Shown here piece by piece: positions 40,568 to 49,590 of a DNA stretch of 64,000 bases. The stretch is from a virus, in the IMG/VR virus record IMGVR_UViG_3300013005_003552, positions 64,001 to 128,000 of that record, one strand, 5' to 3'. The number at the start of each line of letters is the position of its first letter. Within the stretch, counting starts at the first letter, position 1. Under the pieces are notes generated by a model. The model made no database searches, was not told the origin of the DNA, and saw nothing but the letters and a program-made list of their open reading frames with translations. The position numbers were made by a program, and so were the translations under genes.

Positions 40568-41506
40568 ATGTCAGATCAAAACCCACCCCACAAGGGCAAA
40601 AAAATTGTTATCCCTGGGCCTACAACGGCCCAACCTGCTGCGCCCAACGGCGGCACCCCACCTGGTCAACCAATGACTGGTGTGCCAGGTGCTGCTGAAC
40701 AACGCCGTGTGCTGGACGAAATTGCCAAAGTTCAACAACAACAAACTACTACACAACAACAAGGCACACCTTTTGATTTTTCAAAATGCCATTTACACAT
40801 TGGTATTCCTTGCTACGGTGGTATGGTCAGTGAGCCTACAATGACCAGTTTCCTACGCTTTGTGCTGTTAGCACAACAAGTTGGATTAAACTGGAGTTTG
40901 GACACAATGGTCAACGAAAGTTTGATTCCTCGTGGACGCAACAACTTAATGGCCAAGATGATGACCAATCAAAGTGCCACGCATTTTATGTTCATTGACG
41001 CAGACATTCGCTTTCAGCCTGAAAGCATTTTGCAAATGATAGCCTATGACAAAGAAGTTATTGGCGGCTTGTATCCTAAGAAAAGCCTGCCTATCAACTA
41101 TGTTATTAATTTGAAACCACAGGTTACTGTGCAAGGTGACATCTACACTGTAGATACCATGGGCACTGGATTCTTGTTGTTCAAACGACAGGTATACGAG
41201 AAATTGATCAAGGCTCACCCAGAAACCAAATATGTAGACGACATCGGACTAGGCAAACAGTACGAACCCATGATGTACGCTATTTTTGATACTGAAATTG
41301 ATCATCGTGGTCACTATTTGAGCGAAGACTGGACTTTCTGCCGTCGCTGGCAAGCACTAGGTGGCGACATCTGGGCACACAGCAAAACATTGTTGAATCA
41401 TATTGGTCATTATGAATTCCAGGGCGACATTGCAAAACTGGATATTAATACTATGGCTCAACAGGCCCACGCTCAGACCAATCCTACACCAAGTGAGCAA
41501 CGATAG
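40568..41506 (+). CDS. GT-A fold glycosyltransferase
   Basis: IGIPCYGG, ESLIPRGRN, FMFIDADI (DxD), GTGFLL, SEDWTFC, LNHIG. P/Q-rich N-terminal extension. Confidence 0.8.
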   Translation: MSDQNPPHKGKKIVIPGPTTAQPAAPNGGTPPGQPMTGVPGAAEQRRVLDEIAKVQQQQTTTQQQGTPFDFSKCHLHIGIPCYGGMVSEPTMTSFLRFVLLAQQVGLNWSLDTMVNESLIPRGRNNLMAKMMTNQSATHFMFIDADIRFQPESILQMIAYDKEVIGGLYPKKSLPINYVINLKPQVTVQGDIYTVDTMGTGFLLFKRQVYEKLIKAHPETKYVDDIGLGKQYEPMMYAIFDTEIDHRGHYLSEDWTFCRRWQALGGDIWAHSKTLLNHIGHYEFQGDIAKLDINTMAQQAHAQTNPTPSEQR

Positions 41507-42017
41507 TATTCAAAAGCTAGATTTTGAGATTACCCTAAGTGGCACCTACTGGGGTAATCGTAATCCAGCATTTGAAATATTAATAAATGATCAGATTGTG
41601 ATCGACAGTGTTATTGCAGCACCTCCAAGCAAAAAAGGAATCCCAGAACAGGATTTTATGACTGCTGCCCAGGTGCTGCAAACTCTACATACTGAAAAAT
41701 TTAGTGTGGATCTGGCCCCAGGATCACATGTGCTGGGCATACGACTCAAGAACAAACTCCCAACTGACACCTGCGGGTTCAATGACGACGGTACTTACAC
41801 AAGAGATGTGTTACTAAACATTGAAAAAGTCAAAATTGACAGCATGGATCTTGGTAATTTGATCTACGAAGAGTCAATCTATGAGCTTGATTCTCCTACA
41901 CAAATCAACGGAACAGAACTAGAGATATTGGAACGCTGTATAAATCTTGGGTTCAATGGTGTGTACAAGCTGCGTTTTAGCATACCCTTTTACATTTGGT
42001 TACTGGAACGCCTGTAG
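41493..42017 (+). CDS. Hypothetical protein (start uncertain)
   Basis: GTG at 41493 overlaps the GT stop. Ends NLGFNGVYKLRFSIPFYIWLLERL. Confidence 0.6.
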   Translation: MSNDSIQKLDFEITLSGTYWGNRNPAFEILINDQIVIDSVIAAPPSKKGIPEQDFMTAAQVLQTLHTEKFSVDLAPGSHVLGIRLKNKLPTDTCGFNDDGTYTRDVLLNIEKVKIDSMDLGNLIYEESIYELDSPTQINGTELEILERCINLGFNGVYKLRFSIPFYIWLLERL

Positions 42018-42058
42018 TCTAAATCAGCATAAATAAGTGATCTAGAGTAAAGATTACT

Positions 42059-43228
42059 ATGTTTATTGCGCAACTGTTTGAAAATAAAGCCAAAAGGATT
42101 GTTGTAACATATCCTGGGCGTTTTCAGCCTTTTCATAAAGGGCACCGTGAAGTTTTTGCCAGTCTGCAACGCAAATTTGGCAGCGACAATGTTTTTATTA
42201 TCACCAGTAATAACACTGACGGTGTAAAAAGTCCATTCAACTTCAGTGATAAAATACGCTTCATGCATGCCATGGGTGTTCCTGACAACCAGGTGATTGA
42301 AAGCAGCAATGTGTATAATTTGCCTGCTCAATTTGAACCAATCAAAGATCAAGTAGTTTTTATTACCGCAGTAGGTCAACCAGACGAAAAAAGACTTCAA
42401 CCAGGGCGTGTAAAAAAAGATGGTAGCCCAGGTTTTTTTCAACCAGTACCCAATGACAGCAAAGATTTCAAAACAGCCGACGAGCACGGATATGTAATCA
42501 TTGCACCCGAATATCCGCAAAGCATTAGCATAGGCGGTAAGAATTACGACGCCAGTCACGGCACTCAAACTCGAGAACTGTGGAATCAGGTGCGTGACAA
42601 CCCAGAACAACGCAAAGAATTTTTACAACAACTGTACGGGCGCACTGATCCAGAACTAGGACACATACTTGACAAAATTCCACATGGCGCCCTAGAACCT
42701 GTAGAGCCTCCCGCGGCTAAAATGAAAAATGCAAAAAAAGATCTTGTGCAAGTGCCTGCTGTCAAGCCCAAAAAACTCAAAAAGGATACTGTGTCTGCTG
42801 ATGATGCTCCATTGGCCGAAGACGAGTTTGATGAAGGCAGTTATAAAAATCTGCATCTTAACTACAAGAAAAATAGATTCCGCTCATTGAAAAAACTTGA
42901 CCCGTTTGCTGAAAGTGATGTAGAGGAAAGCATGTATCAATATGATAAGGATGACCCTTACAACAGCGAATTTGCTCCTGATGTGGGCATGGGCAGAATG
43001 ACTCTACGAAGTTGGAAGTTGAGCATGATTCGTCGAGTAAAAGAATTTGCAGCAGAGCTAGAACGCAATGGTCAAGATCTTGACAGAGCAGCGTTATGGG
43101 ATCATATTCACAAAAAACTCAAAAGCATGAATCTTGATCCAATAGCGCAAGAAATTGAATTGGCACATCAAGAGCTTGAAAACATCAGGCGTCGTGGTGG
43201 TGTAAGATCAAGGGCGTTCAAGAAATGA
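42059..43228 (+). CDS. HxGH (cytidyltransferase-like) nucleotidyltransferase domain protein, putative internal head protein
   Basis: VVTYPGRFQPFHKGH and KSPFNFSDK motifs. N-terminus MFIAQLFE. ATAAATA at 42029-35. Confidence 0.75.
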   Translation: MFIAQLFENKAKRIVVTYPGRFQPFHKGHREVFASLQRKFGSDNVFIITSNNTDGVKSPFNFSDKIRFMHAMGVPDNQVIESSNVYNLPAQFEPIKDQVVFITAVGQPDEKRLQPGRVKKDGSPGFFQPVPNDSKDFKTADEHGYVIIAPEYPQSISIGGKNYDASHGTQTRELWNQVRDNPEQRKEFLQQLYGRTDPELGHILDKIPHGALEPVEPPAAKMKNAKKDLVQVPAVKPKKLKKDTVSADDAPLAEDEFDEGSYKNLHLNYKKNRFRSLKKLDPFAESDVEESMYQYDKDDPYNSEFAPDVGMGRMTLRSWKLSMIRRVKEFAAELERNGQDLDRAALWDHIHKKLKSMNLDPIAQEIELAHQELENIRRRGGVRSRAFKK

Positions 43229-43551
43229 AACAGCCAATAAAATTAGAATACGAAGTGCATTGGACTTTGAATACAGAAAAAATGCTCAAGGATCCAATGG
43301 GTAGAGGACTGAGAGCCCTTGGTAAACAGGTACCTTATCGAATCTATCTGGAGCCTAGCAATGAACTGCTGAGTGATAGAATGTTTGATATTTTTAATCC
43401 ATTCTTTATATATGAAACGCACCATCTGAGTCTTGACCACGGCAGTTATAAATTAACAGTTCAGGACCCAAGTGGCTGGCTGGATATATCATTAAAAAAT
43501 ATTAAACTTAACACTGTGGGCATATCCCAGGCACAATTTTCACTTGAGTAA
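43225..43551 (+). CDS. Hypothetical protein
   Basis: ATGA overlap with the upstream gene. Confidence 0.55.
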   Translation: MKQPIKLEYEVHWTLNTEKMLKDPMGRGLRALGKQVPYRIYLEPSNELLSDRMFDIFNPFFIYETHHLSLDHGSYKLTVQDPSGWLDISLKNIKLNTVGISQAQFSLE

Positions 43552-43559
43552 ATATTATA

Positions 43560-43739
43560 ATGAAAATAAAAGAAATAGTTTCTAGACCGTTGCAAGAATT
43601 TGCTACCAGTGGCAGTTCCAGTGCCGGCGGCATGGCCAGTTTTATTAAGCCAGGTGCCGGCACTTTGTTTGGCGGAGAATATCAACAAAGAGATAATCCT
43701 TTTCGACAGCCGGCAAAAAAAACAAGGAAGAAAAAATGA
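43560..43739 (+). CDS. 59-aa basic protein, putative internal head protein (not in ORF track)
   Basis: TAAATA 43549-54 then MKIKEIVSRPLQEFATSGSSSAGGMASF...AKKTRKKK. ATGA overlap with the next gene. Confidence 0.65.
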   Translation: MKIKEIVSRPLQEFATSGSSSAGGMASFIKPGAGTLFGGEYQQRDNPFRQPAKKTRKKK

Positions 43740-44404
43740 GTAATATGCGCAAGCTGTTAGAAAGTATTGATAAATTTTCTGGCGAACCAAAACAAAAGCC
43801 TGGGGATCAGGTACGCGGCCATGAAAAGGCCAAAAGCAGCAACAGTAAAAAACATCCTTTTGCAGGACGCCTGGTTGGCGCCAATGAAAGCAAAGAAGAC
43901 CACGATGATGACCTGGTCCAAAGTCTTATGTTAGAATATAAAATGTTTGAAGTTGGTAATCTTGCACAGAACCAAACCAACTCAGATCAACCTAATAGTC
44001 CTGTAGCACAGATCAATCCACCAGGAATGGGTACTGCTAATACCAATCCTGCTTTACAAGCACAGGATGATCAAAAATCTAGTTTGGCCAGCAAAGCCAA
44101 TGATCAACCTGGTCAACCACAACAAAACCAGCAACAACCAGCAACAAGTCAACAAGCTGCGCAAAAAATGAAACAGTCAGCTGACTTAACAAAAAATATA
44201 ACAGGCTTAAAAAGTTTAGATCCAACACTGAACATTCAAAAAACGGTAGATGCGATTGAAAAAGATCCACAACATGTTACTGCCGCAGACGCCGAAGCTC
44301 TTGCTCATGTGGTAAATGCTATTGAACCAATGTTAAAAAATAATCAGGCAGCAGCAGGACTAACCAGCAATCTCAAACGCATGATGACAAAAGGACCACA
44401 ATAA
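43736..44404 (+). CDS. Hypothetical Q-rich protein, putative internal head protein
   Basis: MSNMRKLLES..., KPGDQVRG and HPFAGRLVG modules. TAATG coupling to the next gene. Confidence 0.65.
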   Translation: MSNMRKLLESIDKFSGEPKQKPGDQVRGHEKAKSSNSKKHPFAGRLVGANESKEDHDDDLVQSLMLEYKMFEVGNLAQNQTNSDQPNSPVAQINPPGMGTANTNPALQAQDDQKSSLASKANDQPGQPQQNQQQPATSQQAAQKMKQSADLTKNITGLKSLDPTLNIQKTVDAIEKDPQHVTAADAEALAHVVNAIEPMLKNNQAAAGLTSNLKRMMTKGPQ

Positions 44405-44763
44405 TGTTTATATACGAATTGTTTGAAGGCAAGGAGTATAAATGTACTTGTTTGCCAAACGACAAGGATCCAGATTGTCCCAAGCACGGGTTAGAGCCAA
44501 TGGATGTTGGTGATGCATTGGATGTAAAAAATGAAGCCAAACAGCGTCTTGACCCCAAGTGCTGGACTGGTTACAAAAAACAAGGTACTAAAATGAAGGG
44601 CGATGTTCGCGTGAACAACTGCGTGCCTATAGAAGAAGAAAACAAAGGACTGTACTACAATGTGAACAAGCGCAAAAAGGCCGGCACAAGTAGAGACAAA
44701 GATCATCCCAAAGCACCCACAGCACAGGCCTGGAAGGACGCTGCTAAAACTGCGAAAAAATAA
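44404..44763 (+). CDS. Hypothetical modular basic protein, putative internal head protein
   Basis: MFIYELFE, CWTGYKKQGTKMKG...NNCVP and GLYYNVNKRKKAG...AAKTAKK modules. Confidence 0.7.
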   Translation: MFIYELFEGKEYKCTCLPNDKDPDCPKHGLEPMDVGDALDVKNEAKQRLDPKCWTGYKKQGTKMKGDVRVNNCVPIEEENKGLYYNVNKRKKAGTSRDKDHPKAPTAQAWKDAAKTAKK

Positions 44764-44765
44764 TC

Positions 44766-45812
44766 ATGCCTTTGTACAATTTCACATTTGCTTCTCGCGC
44801 ACAACGAATAACAATACCCAGTGGGTTCCAGCCACAGGCTACCATTTATCTATGGGGCGCAGGTGGTGGTGCAGGCGGTGACGATAGTCCTGGGGCAGGT
44901 GGTGCAGGAGCCTGCGGTAATGCAATTAAAATTGTTCTTAATCTTTCTGCAGGAGATGTACTAGAATTTGGTATTGGTAATAAAGGCACAGCAGGCACCG
45001 GTGGTAAACGCACCGCAGGAGGCGCAGCAGGTGAATCTTACATTGATACCAGTAACAATCGTTACGGTGGTGGCACAGGCGGGCCTTGCGGAGCTAGAGG
45101 CAGTTCCGGCAGTGGCGGTGGCGGTGGCGGCGCAACAGTGCTGTTGCTCAATGATACCATAGTTGCTATTGCAGCCGGTGGCGCTGGTGGCGGTGGCGGT
45201 GGCAATGTTGGCACTACACCAGGCGAAAATGCAAGTGCAACGCCTTCCACTGGTGCAAATAGCAGTAGCACTGGGCAAAACGGTCAAGGAAAAGACGGAG
45301 ACGGTGGTGGCGGTGGTGGCGGCGGTGGCGGAAAGTTTGGCGGAGTGTTTGGCGGACTACGCAGCGGTGACCAAGGTGCTTTAGCTGGTGGAACTGGTGC
45401 AAGTTTTGTAGCCTCTGTTGGTGGAGCAGTTGTAAGCGCAACCACATATACAGGCAGTGGCAGAACTCCTCCTGCGATTGATGGATACACAGTAACACCC
45501 ACTTTTGCCACTGGCGGAGTATCAGGAAGAGTTGCAGCAAGTGGCACAAGTGGCACTCCTGGGCATATGATTGTATCACTGGAGCCAGTTGCCATGCCTT
45601 ATGTAAAAGTAGATGGTGTATGGAAGCCAGTTACCAACGCCTATATCAAAACAGATGAATCTACTTGGGTTGAACTTGACGAAACTTACATTAAAGTAGC
45701 AAGTACATGGCGTCGACTTAGTCAAGATCAATCATTGTCGTCAACTGAGTTGGCGGAAAATCTCAGATATGGCAGTGGCGGCACTAGAGCTGCACCTGCA
45801 GACGACTCTTAA
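44766..45812 (+). CDS. Glycine-rich virion protein
   Basis: LWGAGGGAGG, GGGGGAT...AIAAGGAGGGGG, and C-terminal YVKVDGVWK repeats. Confidence 0.7.
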   Translation: MPLYNFTFASRAQRITIPSGFQPQATIYLWGAGGGAGGDDSPGAGGAGACGNAIKIVLNLSAGDVLEFGIGNKGTAGTGGKRTAGGAAGESYIDTSNNRYGGGTGGPCGARGSSGSGGGGGGATVLLLNDTIVAIAAGGAGGGGGGNVGTTPGENASATPSTGANSSSTGQNGQGKDGDGGGGGGGGGGKFGGVFGGLRSGDQGALAGGTGASFVASVGGAVVSATTYTGSGRTPPAIDGYTVTPTFATGGVSGRVAASGTSGTPGHMIVSLEPVAMPYVKVDGVWKPVTNAYIKTDESTWVELDETYIKVASTWRRLSQDQSLSSTELAENLRYGSGGTRAAPADDS

Positions 45813-45828
45813 GTATTAGGATATTACA

Positions 45829-46266
45829 ATGGAACAACTACACAAAGCATTAAAAATAGCTTTTGCAAGCGAGTTTAGCTTTTACCTAAAAGCTCACAAC
45901 TATCACTGGAATGTGACAGGCCCGTTCTTTAGCCAACTGCATGACTTGTTTGGAAAAATTTACGAAGAAGTGTATGGCAGCATTGATCATTTTGCAGAAG
46001 AAATTCGCAGTGCTGGGGCTTTTGTTCCTGCCAGCTACACTAGATTCAGTATGTTGAGTCAGATTGAAGATGAGACCAGTATCCCTGACGACGGCGACAT
46101 GGTTGCAGAATTATTAGCCGATAGTGATAAAATGGTGAAAATTTTGAAATATGTGTTTGATATTGCAACAGAACTAGGCGAAGAAGGTCTGGCAGATTTT
46201 GTTGCACAGCGCATGGATGCACATCGCAAACACTCCTGGATGTTGAGAGCAACAATCTCACAATGA
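45829..46266 (+). CDS. dps: Dps-family ferritin-like protein
   Basis: KAHNYHWNVTGPFFSQLHDLFGKIYEE...DHFAEEIR...HRKHSWML. Confidence 0.92.
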   Translation: MEQLHKALKIAFASEFSFYLKAHNYHWNVTGPFFSQLHDLFGKIYEEVYGSIDHFAEEIRSAGAFVPASYTRFSMLSQIEDETSIPDDGDMVAELLADSDKMVKILKYVFDIATELGEEGLADFVAQRMDAHRKHSWMLRATISQ

Positions 46267-46583
46267 AAAAAACTTGTCCTAAACAAACCAGAACTCAGTG
46301 TGTCTGGTGGGAAGTTGCAGGCATAAGTTTGCTGGTGTTTCTTGCGGTGTATTCTATTGTGACACATGTGCCAGGATACACACTGAGCAAAGAATTGGTA
46401 ATTGCAGCTGGGGCCAGTTTTTCTGTGCTTTGGTGTCTTTGGATAGTGCGCACATTTAGAAATATAATGACCTGGTGGGTGGATCTTCAGCTAAGTATTG
46501 ATCATGCTACCAAACTATTAGAAGAAACCAAACAAGACCTTAAAGAAATAAAATCGATCAAACATGAGTTTTCTAGTCGCTAA
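46263..46583 (+). CDS. Hypothetical 2-TM membrane protein
   Basis: Two hydrophobic helices plus a coiled coil. ATGA overlap. Confidence 0.6.
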   Translation: MKKTCPKQTRTQCVWWEVAGISLLVFLAVYSIVTHVPGYTLSKELVIAAGASFSVLWCLWIVRTFRNIMTWWVDLQLSIDHATKLLEETKQDLKEIKSIKHEFSSR

Positions 46584-47199
46584 CATCCCCCCTGTACACT
46601 GTTATATTTGCAAAGAATTTTTGTATGACTTTGAAAAAGGCCACGGCGAATATGAACCATGTATATGGGTATCAATTAAAAGTATTCGTGGACAAGCATT
46701 TAGAATAGAGGCATACTTACCCAACTATGGCGCACTTTATGACAAACTACCTCTCCATGCGTTTGTATCACGCACAGAGAATCTTGACCCTAAACTGTTT
46801 TTACCTTTAGACACACTGCAAATTTGGGACTGCTTTGATTACAACATAGCAGTCATTCAAAAAGCATTTTTACGAAATCTCAGCTGTCAATTCTATGCCA
46901 AAGACAAAAACATGTATTCTGGCAACTACATGTTTACAGTAGACAATGCACATCCAGATCACAACTTGATAGATACGGGATACAGTGAATGGCCCGAAGA
47001 TCACAAAAGTTTTAACTTTATAGAATTGGATAATGGTCAATACGCTGCGCAGCCTAATAATCGTTGTTTGTTCTTTGATGCAGCAAGTAATCCTCGAGAA
47101 ATGAAGTTTCCAGACTTCAAGGTTTGCACCAAAAAATATGTAGTAGAACAAAATCCCAAATGGCGACTAGGTGATTCTGATTTAGTCACTTACGAGTAA
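46564..47199 (+). CDS. Hypothetical phage protein
   Basis: YGALYDKLPLHAF...LQIWDCF...LDNGQYAAQPNNR. Confidence 0.7.
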   Translation: MSFLVANIPPVHCYICKEFLYDFEKGHGEYEPCIWVSIKSIRGQAFRIEAYLPNYGALYDKLPLHAFVSRTENLDPKLFLPLDTLQIWDCFDYNIAVIQKAFLRNLSCQFYAKDKNMYSGNYMFTVDNAHPDHNLIDTGYSEWPEDHKSFNFIELDNGQYAAQPNNRCLFFDAASNPREMKFPDFKVCTKKYVVEQNPKWRLGDSDLVTYE

Positions 47200-47225
47200 A
47201 CAAACACCTAGAGAGAACAATTCCA

Positions 47226-47930
47226 TTGATTGAAATACTATACACTCTGATTGCAACACACATTACTATAGCCTGTGTGACACTGTATCTACATCGTAGT
47301 CAGGCACATCGTGGAGTGACATTTCATCCGGTGGTAGCACATGCCATGCGTTTTTGGTTATGGCTTACCACAGGTATGGTTACCAAGCAGTGGGTGGCTA
47401 TACATCGCAAACATCACCAACATTCTGATCATGCCGGTGATCCACATTCACCGCATGTGTTTGGTATTTTCAAAGTAGTAACACAAGGAGCATTGTTATA
47501 TCATGCAGCGTCAAAAGATAAAGTCATGGTTAATTCATACGGTGCTGGTACTCCTGATGATTGGATTGAGCACAACTTATACAGTGCTCACTCCAGACTT
47601 GGCATTGGCATTCTCTTTTTGTTCAACATCATCGTCTTTGGTTGGGTTGGCGCCATAATATGGGGCATACAAATGTTGTGGATCCCATTCTGGGCCGCAG
47701 GTGTGATCAACGGCATCGGACATTGGTGGGGGTATCGTAATGGCACAACACGAGATCAATCTAGAAATATTGCTCCATGGGGTATTGTTATTGGCGGCGA
47801 AGAGCTGCACAATAATCACCATTTGGACCCTGCTAACCCAAAGCTATCGTTAAAGCCCTGGGAATTTGACATTGGTTGGTTTTATATACGCATATTACAA
47901 CACATGCGACTTGCACACTTACGATCCTAA
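47226..47930 (+). CDS. Delta-9-type fatty acid desaturase (OLE1/DesA-like)
   Basis: His boxes HRSQAH, HRKHH and HNNHH. TM segments. TTG start. Confidence 0.9.
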   Translation: MIEILYTLIATHITIACVTLYLHRSQAHRGVTFHPVVAHAMRFWLWLTTGMVTKQWVAIHRKHHQHSDHAGDPHSPHVFGIFKVVTQGALLYHAASKDKVMVNSYGAGTPDDWIEHNLYSAHSRLGIGILFLFNIIVFGWVGAIIWGIQMLWIPFWAAGVINGIGHWWGYRNGTTRDQSRNIAPWGIVIGGEELHNNHHLDPANPKLSLKPWEFDIGWFYIRILQHMRLAHLRS

Positions 47931-48007
47931 ATAAATACTCTAGAGCTCAATTAAGTTACAAACTCTGATTCCGTCAATTAAAATGAAAAACCGGGAATCA
48001 AAGAGGA

Positions 48008-48781
48008 ATGGATCCGTTAACGCTGTTTGCACTGGCCAATGGTGCGGTCAAGTTAGTCAAAGAAGGGTGCAAACTTTATAAAGATATAAAAGGCGCCGCT
48101 GGGGATGTCAAGGACATCCTCAAGGATCTTGATGACCAATTTCACAACAGATTCCGAGACCGTGCTCCTACAGTAGCAGAAAAAAATCAGTACATTAGCG
48201 AAAAAAATCGCATCATTGACCTAAACAAGCGCGATGGCGAAACCACCAACATCTACACAGAGATTGGCAATCATTTGGGCACATACTTTGACAACTACCA
48301 CAAGTGCTTTGCTATTTTCGAAGAAGAAGAGCGCCGCAGCAAAACTGAAGTTTACACCGGAGAAGCCAGTCTAGGCAAGCGAGCACTGCAACGAGTGCTG
48401 ATGAAAAAGCAGCTGGAGCACATGGGCGCCGAACTGCGCGAAATCATGGTGTACCAAAGCCCACCGGAACTAGGCGCCTTGTGGACGGATGTCAACGATA
48501 TGATGCAGGTCATGGGCAAAGAGCAAAAGGTTGCCATTGCCAATCAAATGCGTCGTGCCACAGAAGCTGCTAAAGTTGCCCGTAGAAAGCGCAAGAAGTT
48601 AATGTACAAAATCACCTGCTGGAGTTTGGTTTCCATGTTCGTCGCAGGAATAGTTTTAATCTTTGGCATAGTAGTTCAAAATAGAATTGAACGCTTTCCG
48701 GAACTGGGCAACTGCATTCCGCCCAAGGGATCATGGCTGTACAAAAAGTGGACAAACTTGATATGGGCCACTTGCGAATAA
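48008..48781 (+). CDS. Hypothetical membrane-anchored protein
   Basis: ATAAATA 47931-37 and GAGGA RBS. MDPLTLFALAN N-terminus and C-terminal TM helix. Confidence 0.7.
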   Translation: MDPLTLFALANGAVKLVKEGCKLYKDIKGAAGDVKDILKDLDDQFHNRFRDRAPTVAEKNQYISEKNRIIDLNKRDGETTNIYTEIGNHLGTYFDNYHKCFAIFEEEERRSKTEVYTGEASLGKRALQRVLMKKQLEHMGAELREIMVYQSPPELGALWTDVNDMMQVMGKEQKVAIANQMRRATEAAKVARRKRKKLMYKITCWSLVSMFVAGIVLIFGIVVQNRIERFPELGNCIPPKGSWLYKKWTNLIWATCE

Positions 48782-48794
48782 TCGCTCATAGGTG

Positions 48795-48823
48795 TTGCGG
48801 TATGCGTAAGTAAAGTGTATAAT
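48795..48823 (+). promoter_or_regulatory. sigma70-type promoter
   Basis: TTGCGG (48795-800), 17 nt, TATAAT (48818-23). Confidence 0.65.
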
Positions 48824-48846
48824 GTGTTTTTCAATCAGGAGATATC

Positions 48847-49107
48847 ATGTCAACTAGAATGTTTGGTTCCGCCGAAAAGGCCAAGCTCACTCAATTAATC
48901 AACGAAGGCATGCAGGTCATGCAAGAAGTTGAAACACTACAAGAAGGTCTCAAAGACACAGTAAAGGCCATTGCTGAAGAATTAGAAATCAAGCCTGCTG
49001 TGTTGAGCAAGGCCATTCGCATTGCTCACAAATCCAAGTTGGGAGAAACCAACAAAGAAAACGAAGAATTAAATACCATTCTTGAAACTGTAGGAAAAAC
49101 CCTGTGA
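48847..49107 (+). CDS. Small dsDNA-binding protein (T4 DsbA/GapR-like)
   Basis: Helical 86-aa protein LQEGLKDTVKAIAEELEIKPAVLSKAIRIAHK. AGGAG RBS. Confidence 0.6.
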   Translation: MSTRMFGSAEKAKLTQLINEGMQVMQEVETLQEGLKDTVKAIAEELEIKPAVLSKAIRIAHKSKLGETNKENEELNTILETVGKTL

Positions 49108-49391
49108 ACAATGTAGTATCCGGCACAGTAGAGTGGATCAAAAGTGATTACAAAAGTCATAGAATTCGTTTTTGTTTTGAGGTCCTTGCTTGGGCTATAT
49201 CTATTGGCTGTTCTATCACTATGGCCCTCACCGTGCCTACTCCACCCCTTATTATCTTGTACCCAATCTGGATTGTTGGTTGTGCTATGTACGCTGGGTG
49301 TGCTTACAGTCGTGGTTCCTTTGGTATGTTGGCTAATTACCTACTGCTTACCACAATCGACACCATTGGGTTAGTGCGGATGCTCACATGA
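49104..49391 (+). CDS. Hypothetical 3-TM membrane protein
   Basis: GTGA overlap and hydrophobic helices. Confidence 0.65.
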   Translation: MNNVVSGTVEWIKSDYKSHRIRFCFEVLAWAISIGCSITMALTVPTPPLIILYPIWIVGCAMYAGCAYSRGSFGMLANYLLLTTIDTIGLVRMLT

Positions 49392-49516
49392 CTCTTGTGG
49401 CTCTAGAAATCTTTGGCTACTGGATTGGCATGGGAGTGGCCATGTGGGTCATAATGTACACAGCACTAACATTTGCTAGATTATGTGAATACATTACTGC
49501 TCATTTGTTTCGTTAA
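49388..49516 (+). CDS. 42-aa membrane peptide (not in ORF track)
   Basis: ATGA overlap. MTLVALEIFGYWIGMGVAMWVIMYTALTFARLCEYITAHLFR. Confidence 0.5.
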   Translation: MTLVALEIFGYWIGMGVAMWVIMYTALTFARLCEYITAHLFR

Positions 49517-49590
49517 ATATTTTTGTCTCGCCGGACACAAAACGGCATGAAGAGTAGGCACCAGCTAGAAGTGGTGCATGGAGAATATAA

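Noticed and set aside
44961-45595. Overlapping - strand Pro- and Thr-rich ORFs
   Set aside because: They are the reverse complement of the poly-Gly codons of the 44766 gene.
47966-48000. TGATTCC/GGAATCA inverted repeat before the 48008 ORF
   Set aside because: Only 7 bp with a 21-nt loop, which is too weak to call without conservation data.
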